A stretch of DNA of 64,000 nucleotides from the human T2T-CHM13v2.0 reference genome, Homo sapiens, in NCBI GenBank assembly GCA_009914755.4, contig CP068257.2:42784001-42848000 (forward strand), in the 5' to 3' direction. Shown here in pieces: positions 12,571-24,716 of the stretch. Each line of letters begins with the position of its first letter. Within the stretch, counting starts at the first letter, position 1. Position numbers and translations under genes: made by a program. The notes below the pieces were generated by a model. It did not search any database. It saw nothing but the letters and a program-made list of their open reading frames with translations, and was not told where the DNA came from.

Positions 12571-12949
12571 CAGCTCCACACTCACCCCCTCAGGCTCACT
12601 CCTCTGCACTCCAGCAGCTGGCCCACTGCTCTCACCCAAGGCACGGGCCGCCTTCTGTGCAGGTGCAGACGCCTGCGTCCCTGAGGAAGCTGCCGGGGGC
12701 TCTTGCTGCCCCCATTGGGCAGGAATGGGATTCTGGGGCCCAGGCCCAGCTGCTGTGCCCTGTGCTCTCTGGGGCCTCTGCCTCCACAGCTGGGACCTCC
12801 CCCCAGCGGAGGGGCCTTTGGCCTCAGGGTCCTCTTGCTGCCCAGCCACTCTCACCCAGTGGCTTCTCTGGCCGTGCAGACATGGCCCTGGGGTGCGAGT
12901 CACTCTCTGCTCCCCAGTCCTTTGGCCTCTCCTTGGCCTGCCCAGGTGG

Positions 12950-13200
12950 CACTCGGCACCCCACGTCACCCCCACGTCACCCCCGGGCTGCACTCTGCAC
13001 CCCATGTGACCCCCAGGTGGCACTTGGCACCCCACGTCACCCCCATGTCACCCCCATGTCAACCCTGGGCTGCACTCAGCACCCCATGTCACCCCCACAT
13101 CACCCCCAGGTGGCCCTCGGCACCCCACATCACCCCCAGGCTGCACTCAGCATCCCACGTCACCCCCGGGAGGCACTCAGCACCCCACATCACCTCACTG
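12950..13200. repeat. minisatellite, ~8 copies of a ~30-bp unit ccccacgtcacccccaggtggcactcggca(c) in TRPM2 intron 28
   Basis: Direct tandem repetition. Confidence 0.85.
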
Positions 13201-13532
13201 GATTCCCACTGGCATTTTCTAAGAGTGGTCAAACTGCAAAGCTGGGTCAAAGGGCAGGTACCTCTCTAAGGATTTTAATGTTTAAAAAATTCTCCATGAA
13301 GGCTGGGTCTCTTTCTAGTTCTACCAGCTATGATGGAAGTGAAGAAGGACGTCCCCTAAGTGGTTACTATCTCAGTCTTTTCCCTGGGGATGAAGAACTT
13401 GAAAAAGAACACGGTTTGAGCCTGCAGTGGGCCTGACACTGCCCCGCCCCAGGCAGGGCCAGCCCCGCCGCGGCGCAGGGGAGGGTGGAGGCCGCAGCGG
13501 GTCCTGGGCAGCCATGGCCGCTCTCTCCGCAG

Positions 13533-13638
13533 GTGGAGGCGGAACGAGGATGGAGCCATCTGCAGGAAGAGCATAAAGAAGATGCTGGAAGTGCTGGTGG
13601 TGAAGCTCCCTCTCTCCGAGCACTGGGCCCTGCCTGGG
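13533..13638 (+). CDS. TRPM2: TRPM2 coding exon (exon 29), (R)WRRNEDGAICRKSIKKMLEVLVVKLPLSEHWALPG
   Basis: Acceptor ctctccgcag|GTGGAGG and donor CCTGGG|gtaagg. Confidence 0.9.
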
Positions 13639-15537
13639 GTAAGGCTGCCGCGTGTGGGACCTCTGTCCACTGGGCTGTCTGTGGGTCACTCGTCCATTCA
13701 TCCATTCTGCCCACGGACTGGACACCAGCCCCCTGCAGCCCCCTGCAGCCCCTGGGCAGGGAGGGTTCGAGACCCCGCCTGTTTTGTCTGTAGAAGACAC
13801 TCCTCCTCCCTTTTCCTCATGTTGCAGTTAGGAAAACCCAGGATCAGAGGATCTTTTGGTGCATAAACACTAACGGGGCACCTACTGTGTCCCAGGCATG
13901 GGCTGGGCTGCGGCTGGAGGCCACCTGGGCTCCCCTTGTGGAGTTCAGGGTGTTGGGGGCAGAGGTAGCTCTTCTCCCGTGTCTCAGACACCAACCAGCT
14001 CCTGACCTTCAGGGCCAGGTGCTGAGCCATAAATATAGGACGGTGTCATCCAGGGGTAGGGGCAGGTACAGGAGTAGGGGCAGGGGCAGCGACAGGGGTA
14101 GGTAGGGCCCAGGGTTGTGCACAGGCCCCTCAGCTCAGGGGCTGGTTGTGGGGCTGAGGCTGGAGCGCACCCCAGCATCTTGTGGGGAGGGGTGCACACA
14201 ATCAGGACAGATGGCCTGGGCCTTTCCTGTTCAAGTGCCTCCAACAGCTCCTGTTTCCTCCCAGGCCAGCCTGGCCTCCGCAGCCCTCCAGCCCGCTCAC
14301 TGCAGGGGATGGAAGAGGCTGGTCCTGCCAGGAGGTCTGAGTCCTGCCAGGCCTGGCCGTGGCGCATGGCCTCTGGGGTACAGCCTGCCCCGCAGGGCCT
14401 CTCCTCTGCACCTGATCCGGGGAGTCTGTGACTTACAACAACTCAGCAAGAAGCTGTTGCATTTCTCTGACCCCGAGCTCACGGCCTGGTGGCTGCCTCT
14501 GCTGCTGTGGGAGTGTGTGTGCCACCACGGTGTGCAGGGCAGCAGTGCCACAAGGGCCTCTGGGCAGGAACGGGGACTCCGGAGCCCAGGCCCAGCTGCT
14601 GGGTCCCAGTGCTTTGGGGGCCTGTCTCCACAGCTGGAACCACCCCCGCAGCAGAGGGGGCCTTTGGCCTTGGGGTCCCCTTGCTGCCCTGCTGCGCTCA
14701 CCCAGTAGCTTCTCTGCCTGTGCACACCTGGCCCTGGAACACGAGTCACCCTCCGCTCTCTGGCACTTTGGCCTCTCCATGCGGGGTGCGTGGAGTTGGG
14801 TTTGGGGGTCCCACTCACTGGCATCCCTGTCAGCTCAGGCTGGTCACTGAGAGGGGCACTCTGAGGGGCCTCCTGGGTTCCTGGCTCTGTAGGGCACGCA
14901 CGCTTGAGGGTGGGAGTGTCATGGGGCTGAGGTGGGACCGTCTTGACGTGGCCTGCAAAGTCTTCATGAGAAACCCACGGGTGTTTCAGTGGGACTTTGA
15001 ATGACAAATAGGGTGGGAAAGATGGGTGTGGGGAGGAGGAGGTGCAGGCCGGAGCTGGGTCCCTGAGTCAGGTGGCGCTCGGGAGCGTCTGGGAGCCCAG
15101 CCAGCCGCAGCACAGGCCGGGGTGGGACTGGGAGAGACGGGAATGCAAACAGGGAACCCGCCGTGGCAGCCTGCTGCACTGGGCGGGAGCTGGGAGGGGC
15201 GACGCGGGGGCAGGCGCCAGGGGAGCGGGAAGGGGGTGCCCTGTCACCCTTGGGGAGTCTGAGCTCAGGGTGGGTACCCTGGGGGCTGTCCCTGCTCCTC
15301 AGAGGTTGTGTCTGCAGCCCAGTGCCCCCTGCTCGGGCCACGGCAGGCCTCACAGATGCTGACGTGGACGGCGGGTTCTGGGCAATGTCACTGCAGCCTG
15401 AGATGCCGCCTGCCTGTGGCTCCCAGGGCTGGGCCGCTGCCCACGCCGGGCAGGAGGCCAGTGGAGACGGGTGCCAGGGCAGCCTGAGGTCCCGCTTCGG
15501 TGCCCTGTTGACCTGCCTCCGTCCTCTGTCTGTCCAG

Positions 15538-15639
15538 GGCTCCCGGGAGCCAGGGGAGATGCTACCTCGGAAGCTGAAGCGGATCCTCCGGCAGGAGCAC
15601 TGGCCGTCTTTTGAAAACTTGCTGAAGTGCGGCATGGAG
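15538..15639 (+). CDS. TRPM2: TRPM2 coding exon (exon 30), GSREPGEMLPRKLKRILRQEHWPSFENLLKCGME
   Basis: Acceptor tgtccag|GGCTCC and donor ATGGAG|gtattc. Confidence 0.9.
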
Positions 15640-16188
15640 GTATTCCTGGCCTGTTTGCTCTGTTCCACCTGTGTGTCCCCAGGGCTGCAGGACAAACACA
15701 GTGTGATACTGGGGACCTGCCCCAGCACCACTGGGTGGCAGCGGTCCCACCCAGCTTCACCAGGTGACGGTGGTCCCAGCCCCTGCCCCCACGTTGCACA
15801 GCTCCCAGAGGACCCGGAAGCATAGCTGTGTGCAGGGCCCCTCAGACATCTCGCCCTCCCTCTCTGTTCCATTTTCTCCTCTCTAAATCAAGGGGGATGG
15901 GCTGAGGACCCTTGCTGCCTTCGAGTGTGACAGCTGCTTGGAGGCCTGGTGCCGCCCTCCTCCCCACATCCACCCTTGCCTCGAGCACAGCTGCGCCCAA
16001 GGGTGCTGGGAAGCCAGCCCCTCCCTCAGACCTCGCCCCGACTCCCAAGCTCTGGAGGGGCCCTTCCCACATGCATGCCCAGCCTGGGGACCGACTGTAC
16101 CAGGACTTTTTATTTACTTCTTTAGAAACCTCGATCTTTCCTTAGAAAGCCTCCATCTCCAGCTCTCTCACACAAATGCATGCACACT

Positions 16189-16490
16189 TTTTTTTTAATT
16201 TTTATTTTTGGAAACAAGGTCTTATTCTGTCACCCAGGCTAGAGTGCAGTGGTGCGATCTTGGCTTGCTGCAGCCTCCACCTCCCGGGCTCAAGCAATGC
16301 TCTTGCCTTGGCCTCCCAGGCAGCAGGGGCTGCAGCGGTGAGACACCACACCCGTCTAATATTTTGTATTTTTAGTAGAGACAGGGTTTGGCCATGTTGC
16401 CCAGGCTGGTCATGAACTGGGCTCAAGCGATCTGCCCACCTCAGCCTCCCAAAGTGCTGGGATTACAGGTGTGAGCCACTGCGCCCAGCC
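16189..16490 (-). mobile_element. Alu (member of an inverted Alu pair in TRPM2 intron 30)
   Basis: Matches the Alu consensus in reverse orientation. Confidence 0.9.
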
Positions 16491-16523
16491 CTTTATGGAC
16501 GCTCTTTATAAAAGCAGGCTACA

Positions 16524-16800
16524 CGGGCCGGGTGCGCTGGCTCACACCTGTAATCCCAACACTTTGGGAGGCTGAGGTGGGTAGATCACTTGAGGTCAGG
16601 AGTTCGAGACCAGCCTGGCCAACATGGTGAAACCCCGTCTCTACTAAAAATACAAAAATTAGCCAGGCCTGATGGCGCACACCTGTAATCTCAGCTACTT
16701 GGGAGGCTGAAGCAGAAGAATTGCTTGAACCAGGCGGCGGAGGTTGCAGTGAGCCGAGGTTGCACCACTGCGCTCAAAAAAAAAAAAAAAAAAAAAAAAA
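16524..16800 (+). mobile_element. Alu with long poly(A) (inverted partner of the 16189-16490 Alu, ~35 bp apart)
   Basis: It starts ggccgggtgcgctggctcac and ends in an A26 tail. Confidence 0.9.
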
Positions 16801-17259
16801 GTGATCAATGCCATGGTGTGGAGCACTTCACAACATTGTGCAGCCACCACCTCTATCCGGTTCCAGAACGTTCCATCACCCCAGTCACCCCCAGCTCCTC
16901 CCCAGCACTCCCGCATCTGCTTCCCATCTCCTTGGATTTGCCGGTTCTGGGTGTCTGTTATGAGTGGACTCCTACAACAGGTGGCCTTTGAAACTGTCTT
17001 CCTTCACTGAGCAGACGTTTCCAAGGCGTTTCCAAGATCTCTGCAGGGCAAGGACGTGTCTGTCCAGGATGAAGCCCGCATTGGGCTGCTCCGCCTTGCA
17101 GGCCCAGGCAGGCTGGCGGGGGCTGGGGAGAGCTGGGCCGGGGTCCTGTGTGTGCTGGAAGCTGTGCTCAGAGCTGGGTCAGGGTGGAGGGCACGAGGTG
17201 GGCCGGGGCACCGCTCAGGTGTCCCTCGCTGTCGGGCTTACCCTGCCCTGCCCATCCAG

Positions 17260-17376
17260 GTGTACAAAGGCTACATGGATGACCCGAGGAACACGGACAA
17301 TGCCTGGATCGAGACGGTGGCCGTCAGCGTCCACTTCCAGGACCAGAATGACGTGGAGCTGAACAGGCTGAACTCT
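17260..17376 (+). CDS. TRPM2: TRPM2 coding exon (exon 31), VYKGYMDDPRNTDNAWIETVAVSVHFQDQNDVELNRLNS (Nudix-box-like region of NUDT9H)
   Basis: Acceptor cccatccag|GTGTAC and donor AACTCT|gtatgt. Confidence 0.9.
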
Positions 17377-18162
17377 GTATGTGCCTGGCCTCCCTGGAGG
17401 CGGGAGTGGGGAGGCAGGGACGGGTATGGGCGTGGCCTCCGGGGAGGGGGTTGGCAGGGATGGGGGTCTGGATTCTGGCAGGCTGAACTCTGTATGGGCG
17501 TGGCCTCCGGGGAGAGGGAAGGCGGGGACCGGGGTCTGGATTCTGGACGTGCCTCGAGGGCTTCCAAGGGAGGGACCTGGCCGTGCTCCTGGGGCCCAGG
17601 GCCAGAAACTGGAGGCTACAGGGTCAGAGTCTTGCCCAGAAAGTGACAAAGGGGGCACCAGGGAGAGGCCGGGGAGCCACCTCAGGTGGCCAGAGCTCAC
17701 AGGGCTGGCCAGGCGACCATAGGGCCCTGTGTAGTTCTGGGACCTGGGTCCTCCAGGGAGGCCTCGAAGATGGCATCCAGGGGTGAGGCTGGCAAGGCCC
17801 CCTCAGCCCCCGGCTGCCGGCTTTTAGCTCTTTATGGGGATGTGGATTCCCAGTACTTGGATTAATCCTGCATGCTCCTAATTCAGAACTGGGATGGGAA
17901 ATTCCATAAATAACCCCGGGCTTTAAATGCGGGCTAAATAGCTCCCGGCAAAGCTGCACCTGCATCTTCTTCCCCTGAAGGATCCTCAGGGCCTTGTGGG
18001 TGCATCTCTGGTGCACCTGACGCAGGGGTCCTGCCTCCCATTTCACAGAGGAGTAAAGGGAGGGTGTGCAGGCCCCAAGCCCTCGAAGGCTGCAGTCCGT
18101 AGGGCTCAGCTGGGCAGAGGCAGGGCTGGCGGGGAGGGTCAGCTGTGCCCTTGTTCTTCCAG

Positions 18163-18288
18163 AACCTGCACGCCTGCGACTCGGGGGCCTCCATCCGATG
18201 GCAGGTGGTGGACAGGCGCATCCCACTCTATGCGAACCACAAGACCCTCCTCCAGAAGGCAGCCGCTGAGTTCGGGGCTCACTACTGA
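18163..18288 (+). CDS. TRPM2: TRPM2 terminal coding exon (exon 32) NLHACDSGASIRWQVVDRRIPLYANHKTLLQKAAAEFGAHY*, stop TGA at 18286-18288
   Basis: Acceptor ttcttccag|AACCTG. The exon ends in the canonical TRPM2 C-terminus. Total length back-calculates to 1503 aa. Confidence 0.92.
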   Translation, partial: NLHACDSGASIRWQVVDRRIPLYANHKTLLQKAAAEFGAHY

Positions 18289-19170
18289 CTGTGCCCTCAG
18301 GCTGGGCGGCTCCAGTCCATAGACGTTCCCCCCAGAAACCAGGGCTTCTCTCTCCTGAGCCTGGCCAGGACTCAGGCTGTTCCTGGGCCCTGCACATGAT
18401 GGGGTTTGGTGGACCCAGTGCCCCTCACGGCTGCCGCAAGTCTGCTGCAGATGACCTCATGAACTGGAAGGGGTCAAGGTGACCCGGGAGGAGAGCTCAA
18501 GACAGGGCACAGGCTACTCAGAGCTGAGGGGCCCCTGGGACCCTTGGCCATCAGGCGAGGGGCTGGGCCTGTGCAGCTGGGCCCTTGGCCAGAGTCCACT
18601 CCCTTCCTGGCTGTGTCACCCCGAGCAGCTCATCCACCATGGAGGTCATTGGCCTGAGGCAAGTTCCCCGGAGAGTCGGGGTCCCCTGTGGCCCCCTCAG
18701 GCCTATGTCTGTGAGGAAGGGGCCCTGCCACTCTCCCCAAGAGGGCCTCCATGTTTCGAGGTGCCTCAACATGGAGCCTTGCCTGGCCTGGGCTAGGGGC
18801 ACTGTCTGAACTCCTGACTGTCAGGATAAACTCCGTGGGGGTACAGGAGCCCAGACAAAGCCCAGGCCTGTCAAGAGACGCAGAGGGCCCCTGCCAGGGT
18901 TGGCCCCAGGGACCCTGGGACGAGGCTGCAGAAGCTCTCCCTCCCTACTCCCTGGGAGCCACGTGCTGGCCATGTGGCCAGGGACGGCATGAGCAGGAGG
19001 CGGGGACGTGGGGGCCTTCTGGTTTGGTGTCAACAGCTCACAGGAGCGTGAACCATGAGGGCCCTCAGGAGGGGAACGTGGTAAAACCCAAGACATTAAA
19101 TCTGCCATCTCAGGCCTGGCTGGCTCTTCTGTGCTTTCCACAAATAAAGTTCCTGACACGTCCAGGGCCA
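18289..19170 (+). other. TRPM2: TRPM2 3' UTR (approximate end)
   Basis: It follows directly from the stop codon. An AATAAA hexamer lies at 19143-19148, and a 3' UTR of ~0.9 kb is plausible for this gene. Confidence 0.6.
19143..19148 (+). promoter_or_regulatory. TRPM2: putative polyadenylation signal AATAAA of TRPM2
   Basis: caAATAAAgttcctgacacg sits ~855 nt after the stop codon. Cleavage is expected ~15-25 nt downstream. Confidence 0.55.
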
Positions 19171-19824
19171 GGGGCTGTGTGACGGCTGCCTGAAGTTCTC
19201 CTCGATCCCCCGGTGAGCTTCCTGCAGCCTGTGGATGTCCTGCAGCCCCTCAGCCCTACCCCCAAGTTTCTCCTCTGACCCATCAGCTCCCTGTCTTCAT
19301 TTTCCTAAACCTGGGCTCCAGCATCGTCCCCAAGCCCACCAGGCCAGGATGCAGGCATCCACATGCCCTCCTCCTTGGCTTCCCCTGCGTGGTGGTGCCA
19401 ATGTGCCCTGGCACCCCTGCAGAGGCTCCGGATGGAGCCTGGGGCTGCCTGGCCACTGAGCACTGGCCGAGGTGATGCCCACCCTTCCCTGGACAGGCCT
19501 CTGTCTTCCACCTGACCCAAAGCTCTCTAGCCACCCCCTTGTCCCCAGGTATCCCCCTCACCCCATCAGCGTCACCAAGGACACAACTGACCCCTTATGC
19601 CCTGCTTAGAATCAGTCCCGTCACCAACTTTTGTGACGGAGTCACCTTGGGGTTTGATAAAAATGTAGATCTTCAGGCCCCTCTTGAAGCTCAGAGGCAG
19701 CAGGGCTGGGAGGTCCTGGAAGCTGCATCTGTGGTCAGCATCCGCCACTCCCAAGGGGCTCGCAGGTGGCGGGTTTGAACCACAAAGCAGCCTGGATGTG
19801 GCCCACCCCACCCCTCTCCAGCTC

Positions 19825-20050
19825 CCTCTCCTGCTGCAATGCAGCCTCCACGTGCAATGCAGCCTCCACGTGCAATGCAGCCTCCACGTGCAATGCAGCC
19901 TCCATGTGCAATCCAGCCTCCAGGTGCAATGCAGCCTCCACGTGCAATCCAGCCTCCAGGTGCAATGCAGCCTCCACGTGCAATGCAGCCTCCACGTGCA
20001 ATCCAGCCTCCATGTGCAATGCAGCCTCCACGTGCAATCCAGCCTCCAGG
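19825..20050. repeat. VNTR, ~12 copies of 18-bp unit gtgcaatgcagcctccac just downstream of the TRPM2 poly(A) site
   Basis: Direct tandem repetition with c/g and a/c variants. Because 18 bp equals 6 codons, ORFs stay open in all six frames here. Confidence 0.9.
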
Positions 20051-22173
20051 TGCCACAGGGAAGGCCTGTGACTCCTCGGTTACTGGCCGTGGGTCCAGAC
20101 CTCTGCCAGGGACCATGTTGTGCTCAGTGCTCCTGTTTCTAGCTGCACCATCGGGCTGAGCTCCCACTGTCTGGGGCTGGTCTCGGCTCTGTGTCTGCAG
20201 GATCTAGAAACACCCATGCTGAAGGTGGCACCCAGGGAAGGGGTGGGGGCTGTGCCTGGGGGTCAGACCAGAGAGGGACGCCACCAAGGGGATGGGCGTC
20301 TGCTCTGCTCACTTGAAACACCCATGACACGAACTTCGCCATTGGAACCATTTCAGCTGCACAGTGCAGTGGCCGTAGACACTCACACGGCTGTCCCCCA
20401 TCACCACCGTGCCCCCTGCTCTGCCCACTCCTAGAAGCGCTGCTCCTCCAACCCGGGGCTGCTGCCTACTCCAGCAGTGCCCCCAGGGGGCCCCGTGGCT
20501 GAGCTGTCTGTGGGTGCCTGCTTGGGCCCAGCCACACACCAACAGCGGCTCTGTGGGAGGAAGTTTTGCCTCCTTTTGTAGAGGGACCTGGGGTGCGGAG
20601 AGGGCAGAGGGCTTGCTCAGTCCTCTCAGCAGCTGCTGGCAAAGCCAGGCCTGGACCCAGCTCTCCTCGGCTGTGCCGTGCAGCAGCCACAGAGGTCAGC
20701 GGCTCTTCGAACCAAATGGGAAACCAGGACATGCCTGGTGGACCACGGACTTTTTGCGAGTCAGGCATGAGGCCTTCTGATCATTCACTCATCCCTTCCT
20801 ACCTGGTTGCTGAGCCTGTCTGTGCCCTGGGGATGGGGATTTGAGGGGTGCAGTGATGAATAAAACCCATCCCTGCCCGAGGGCCTCACAATCCTGGATG
20901 AAGTCCACTCAGGACCGCAGGAGCCGGACCGGGTCGGAGGCCGGGGAAGAGCAGGCATTCCAGCGGAGGAGTCAGCTGGCTTCTCCAGTGAGGCGGCTGA
21001 GAGTGAAGACTCCAAGGGCAGAACAAACAGCAAATGGGAGACAGGCAGGGGCACGTTCCACAGCACAGACGTGGGCCAGCCCGCTGGGGGCAGTGTGGAG
21101 CAGGCAGTGCCCTCATCCAGGACCTCAGCATTGAAGGAAGCGAGGGTTCTGTGAACCGTGGTCTCTTAGAGGTCACTGCCCTCTGAGGGAAGAGCTCACA
21201 GTGAGCAAGATCTGGGTGGGGGCTGGCGGGAGGGTGAGCGGAAGCTGGCTGAATGCAGACACGATGGCCAGAGCTCCAGCAGCCTTCTGGGGCCATGAGG
21301 ATGAGGCACCCGCCGGGTGTGGTGGAGTGGGAGGTGACAGGCTCTTTAGGGCCCCGCCCTCCAGAGTCCTTTCTTATGTGAGAAGGGAATACTGTGTGTT
21401 AAAGCCACTGTTATTTTGGGTGCCAACCAATTTTAACCTAAAATTGGTTAAATATGCAGCCAACCAATTTTCATGGAATCACTAGACAACCCAGAACCAT
21501 CAAATGTTTGAGGAAAACCAATCACTACCAAAAAGGGGCCCCCAAAGTCAGCAGGTATCAAGGAAGCAGAGCAAACAACACCCTCGAGAAAAGGGCAGTA
21601 CGTCTTCACAGGTTTATTTATCCATAGAGAAGATACAGCCTTAAAAACGGAACTGAAAATATAAATATGAAAAATGTGACATCCAAAAAAAATTAAAAAG
21701 TGATGGGGTGAATAACAGGAAGAAAAGGCTGAAGAACGAACTTGTGCCTGGAACACACAGTCAAGGAATTCTCCACTTTGTGATGTCAGCTTTCCTCAAA
21801 TATCTGGGGATGCTTTATTGCTTCCTTTGCTTTGTACTTGAAAATGCCCAAGTTTTTTTGTACACAGCAGAGCGAGATAGAGGGAAAGTATGAAAAAAAA
21901 AAAAAAGGAAATGGAGGACGAAGCCAGACATTCCAACATCTGCACACTGAGAGTTTCAGAAGAAGAACAGGATTGATGGGAGGGAAATAATGCACACCTG
22001 GGCCCTGTGGGCCCCGCGACGGAAGCTCTGCCTGCTCCTCACGGTTTCTCCCGGCGCCCAGAGCAGCGGCTGTTACAGAATCGGCTCTCCGTGAATGAGA
22101 CACGAGATATGTCTTCATCTTCATAAAATTTTAGAACAATGAGGGCAAAAGGAAAGATTTAAAAACCACTATG

Positions 22174-22750
<577 letters not shown>

Positions 22751-23092
22751 AATGTGAGGATGCAGAAAATGTCACCCATGCATCCTTCCTGAACGAGTTT
22801 CTCAAAGGTGAATTACAGAAAACAAAACAAAATGAAAGAGAACAAAGCACAGAGCACTGCAGGCTGCCCAGGCTGTTGTAGCAAAATGCCACAGGCCGGC
22901 TGGTCAAAACCTAGAAGCGATTCTTCTCGCTGTTCTGGAGGCTGGAAGTCCACGATCAAGGTGCTGGCAAATTCAGTTTCTGGGGAGCGCTGTCCTAGGT
23001 GGCCATGGTTAACAATGCTGTACTGGATGCTGGACATGGGCTGAGAGGATAGATCTTAAGTGTTCTCAACACACACAAAGAAAATAAAAGAA

Positions 23093-23392
23093 GCTGGTGC
23101 GGTGGCTCATGCCTGTAATCCCAGCACTTTGGGAGGCCGACGGTGGGTGGATCACTTGAGGCCAGGAGTTCAAGACCAGTCTGGGCAACATGGCGAAACC
23201 CCATCTCTACTAAAAATACAAAAAAAAAAAAAAACAAAAAAAACTAGCTGGACATGGTGGCACGTGCCCATAGTCCCAGCTACTGGGGAGGCTGAGGTGG
23301 CAAGATTGATTGAACCTGGGAAGCAGAGGCTGCAGTGAGCCAAGATTTCACCACGGCAGTCCAGGCTGGGCGACAAAAAAAAAAAAAAAAAG
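23093..23392 (+). mobile_element. Alu
   Basis: Matches the Alu consensus. It has an A-rich middle linker and a poly(A) tail. Confidence 0.9.
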
Positions 23393-24409
23393 AAAATATT
23401 TTAGGTTGGTGCAAAAATAATTGCTTCTAATTGCAAACACCGCAGTTACTCTTTTCACCAACTTGGTAGTCACTGTGAGGTGTGAGCATGTGAAATAGCT
23501 TGACTGCAGTGATCATTCACAGCGTGTATCAGAACATCAAGTCATACACCTTAACTATACACAATTCCTATTTGTGAATTATATCTCAGTAAAGTTGAAA
23601 CAATTTTATAGAAATTTAATAATAGCCTAGAATTAAACTTCCAGACGGCCTCAGCGGGGGTGGCAGAGGAGACTTGTGAAGGCAGCTGAAGTGCAGTGGC
23701 TTCCCTGTCTTGCTCTGGAGGAAGAATCAGACGCTGGCCACACATGAGTGCTGGGGAAACGTGGGCTTAAAAATGCAGGAAGTAAACCTCAGGGCATCAC
23801 TAGAAGGATAGAAATAGAGGAATGACTTTAAACCACTGGAGGAATAAAATGAAACAACAAAATCAAGGAAAGAAAAAATATCACTAAAGAATGGTTAATA
23901 TGAACCAAAATGGCAGGAAACAGTCAAACCGTAACAGTAATAACCACGCATGTAAGTGGCGAGTCTCATATTGGGATAAAGACATAACACAACTAGTTCC
24001 TGCTATTTTCCATCCACAAAAGACTCACCCGAAACTAGAGGGACGCATAACCGCTGAAAACGGGGACGTCTACACCAGGCAAATGCTCTCAGAAAGCAGG
24101 ACGTGGAAACGGTCATCACAGACCAACAGAACGGAAGGCTAAGTTTGTCCTTTTAAGGAACAAAGAGGAAAGTGTAATTGGATAAAAGTACAAATGCATT
24201 AGGAAGATACTATGATCATGGTCTATTATGTAACATGGATATTATAATATTATAATATATAAGGCAAAAACTATATATAAATATATAAGGCAAAATTCTT
24301 AAATTTATAAGGCAAAATGGAAATTCAAGAAGAAACTGGCAAAGTCACAGCCATTGCTGAAGTCTTTGCAGATTTCTCTCAGAAATTAAAGCAATCAAGA
24401 AGCACAAGG

Positions 24410-24716
24410 AAGCCAGGCGTCATGGCTCACACCTACAATCCCAGCACTTCGGGAGGCTGAGGCCGGTGGCTCACTTGGGGTCAGGAGTTTAAGACCAGCC
24501 TGGCCAACATGGCAAAAGCCCATCTCTACTAAGAACACAAAAATTACCCCTGCATGGTAGTGCGTGTCTGTAATCCCAGCTACTCAGGAGGCTGAGGCAG
24601 GAGAATCACTTGAACCTGGGAGGCGGAGGTTGCAGTGAGCTGAGCTCATGCCACTGCACACTCCAGCCTGGGAAACAGAACGTGACTCTGTCTCAAAAAA
24701 AAAAAAAAAAAAAAAA
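24410..24716 (+). mobile_element. Alu
   Basis: Matches the Alu consensus with an A23 tail. Confidence 0.9.

Noticed and set aside
11699-13436. Long ORFs (436 aa and 398 aa, + strand) rich in P/H/T/S in the six-frame track
   Set aside because: They lie entirely inside the ~52-bp and ~30-bp minisatellites of TRPM2 intron 28. The peptide is strictly periodic and there are no splice signals or start context. They are repeat translation artefacts.
14297-15872. Minus-strand ORFs of 236 aa and 302 aa inside TRPM2 intron 29
   Set aside because: This is a GC-rich intron of about 66% GC, which inflates random ORF length. The peptides are low-complexity (P/G/R/S-rich) with no recognisable domain, and they are antisense to an actively spliced TRPM2 intron flanked by confirmed exons.
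19684-20167. Overlapping ORFs on both strands (100-158 aa) with hexapeptide periodicity
   Set aside because: They are caused by the 18-bp VNTR, 6 codons per unit.
23830-24400. AT-rich segment with an 83-aa ORF (MVNMNQNGRKQSNRNSNNHACKWRVSYWDKD…) that superficially resembles L1 ORF2 N-terminal sequence
   Set aside because: I could not align it convincingly to the L1 endonuclease consensus from memory. It is probably a degenerate ancient repeat, so it is left unannotated and not given a specific call.
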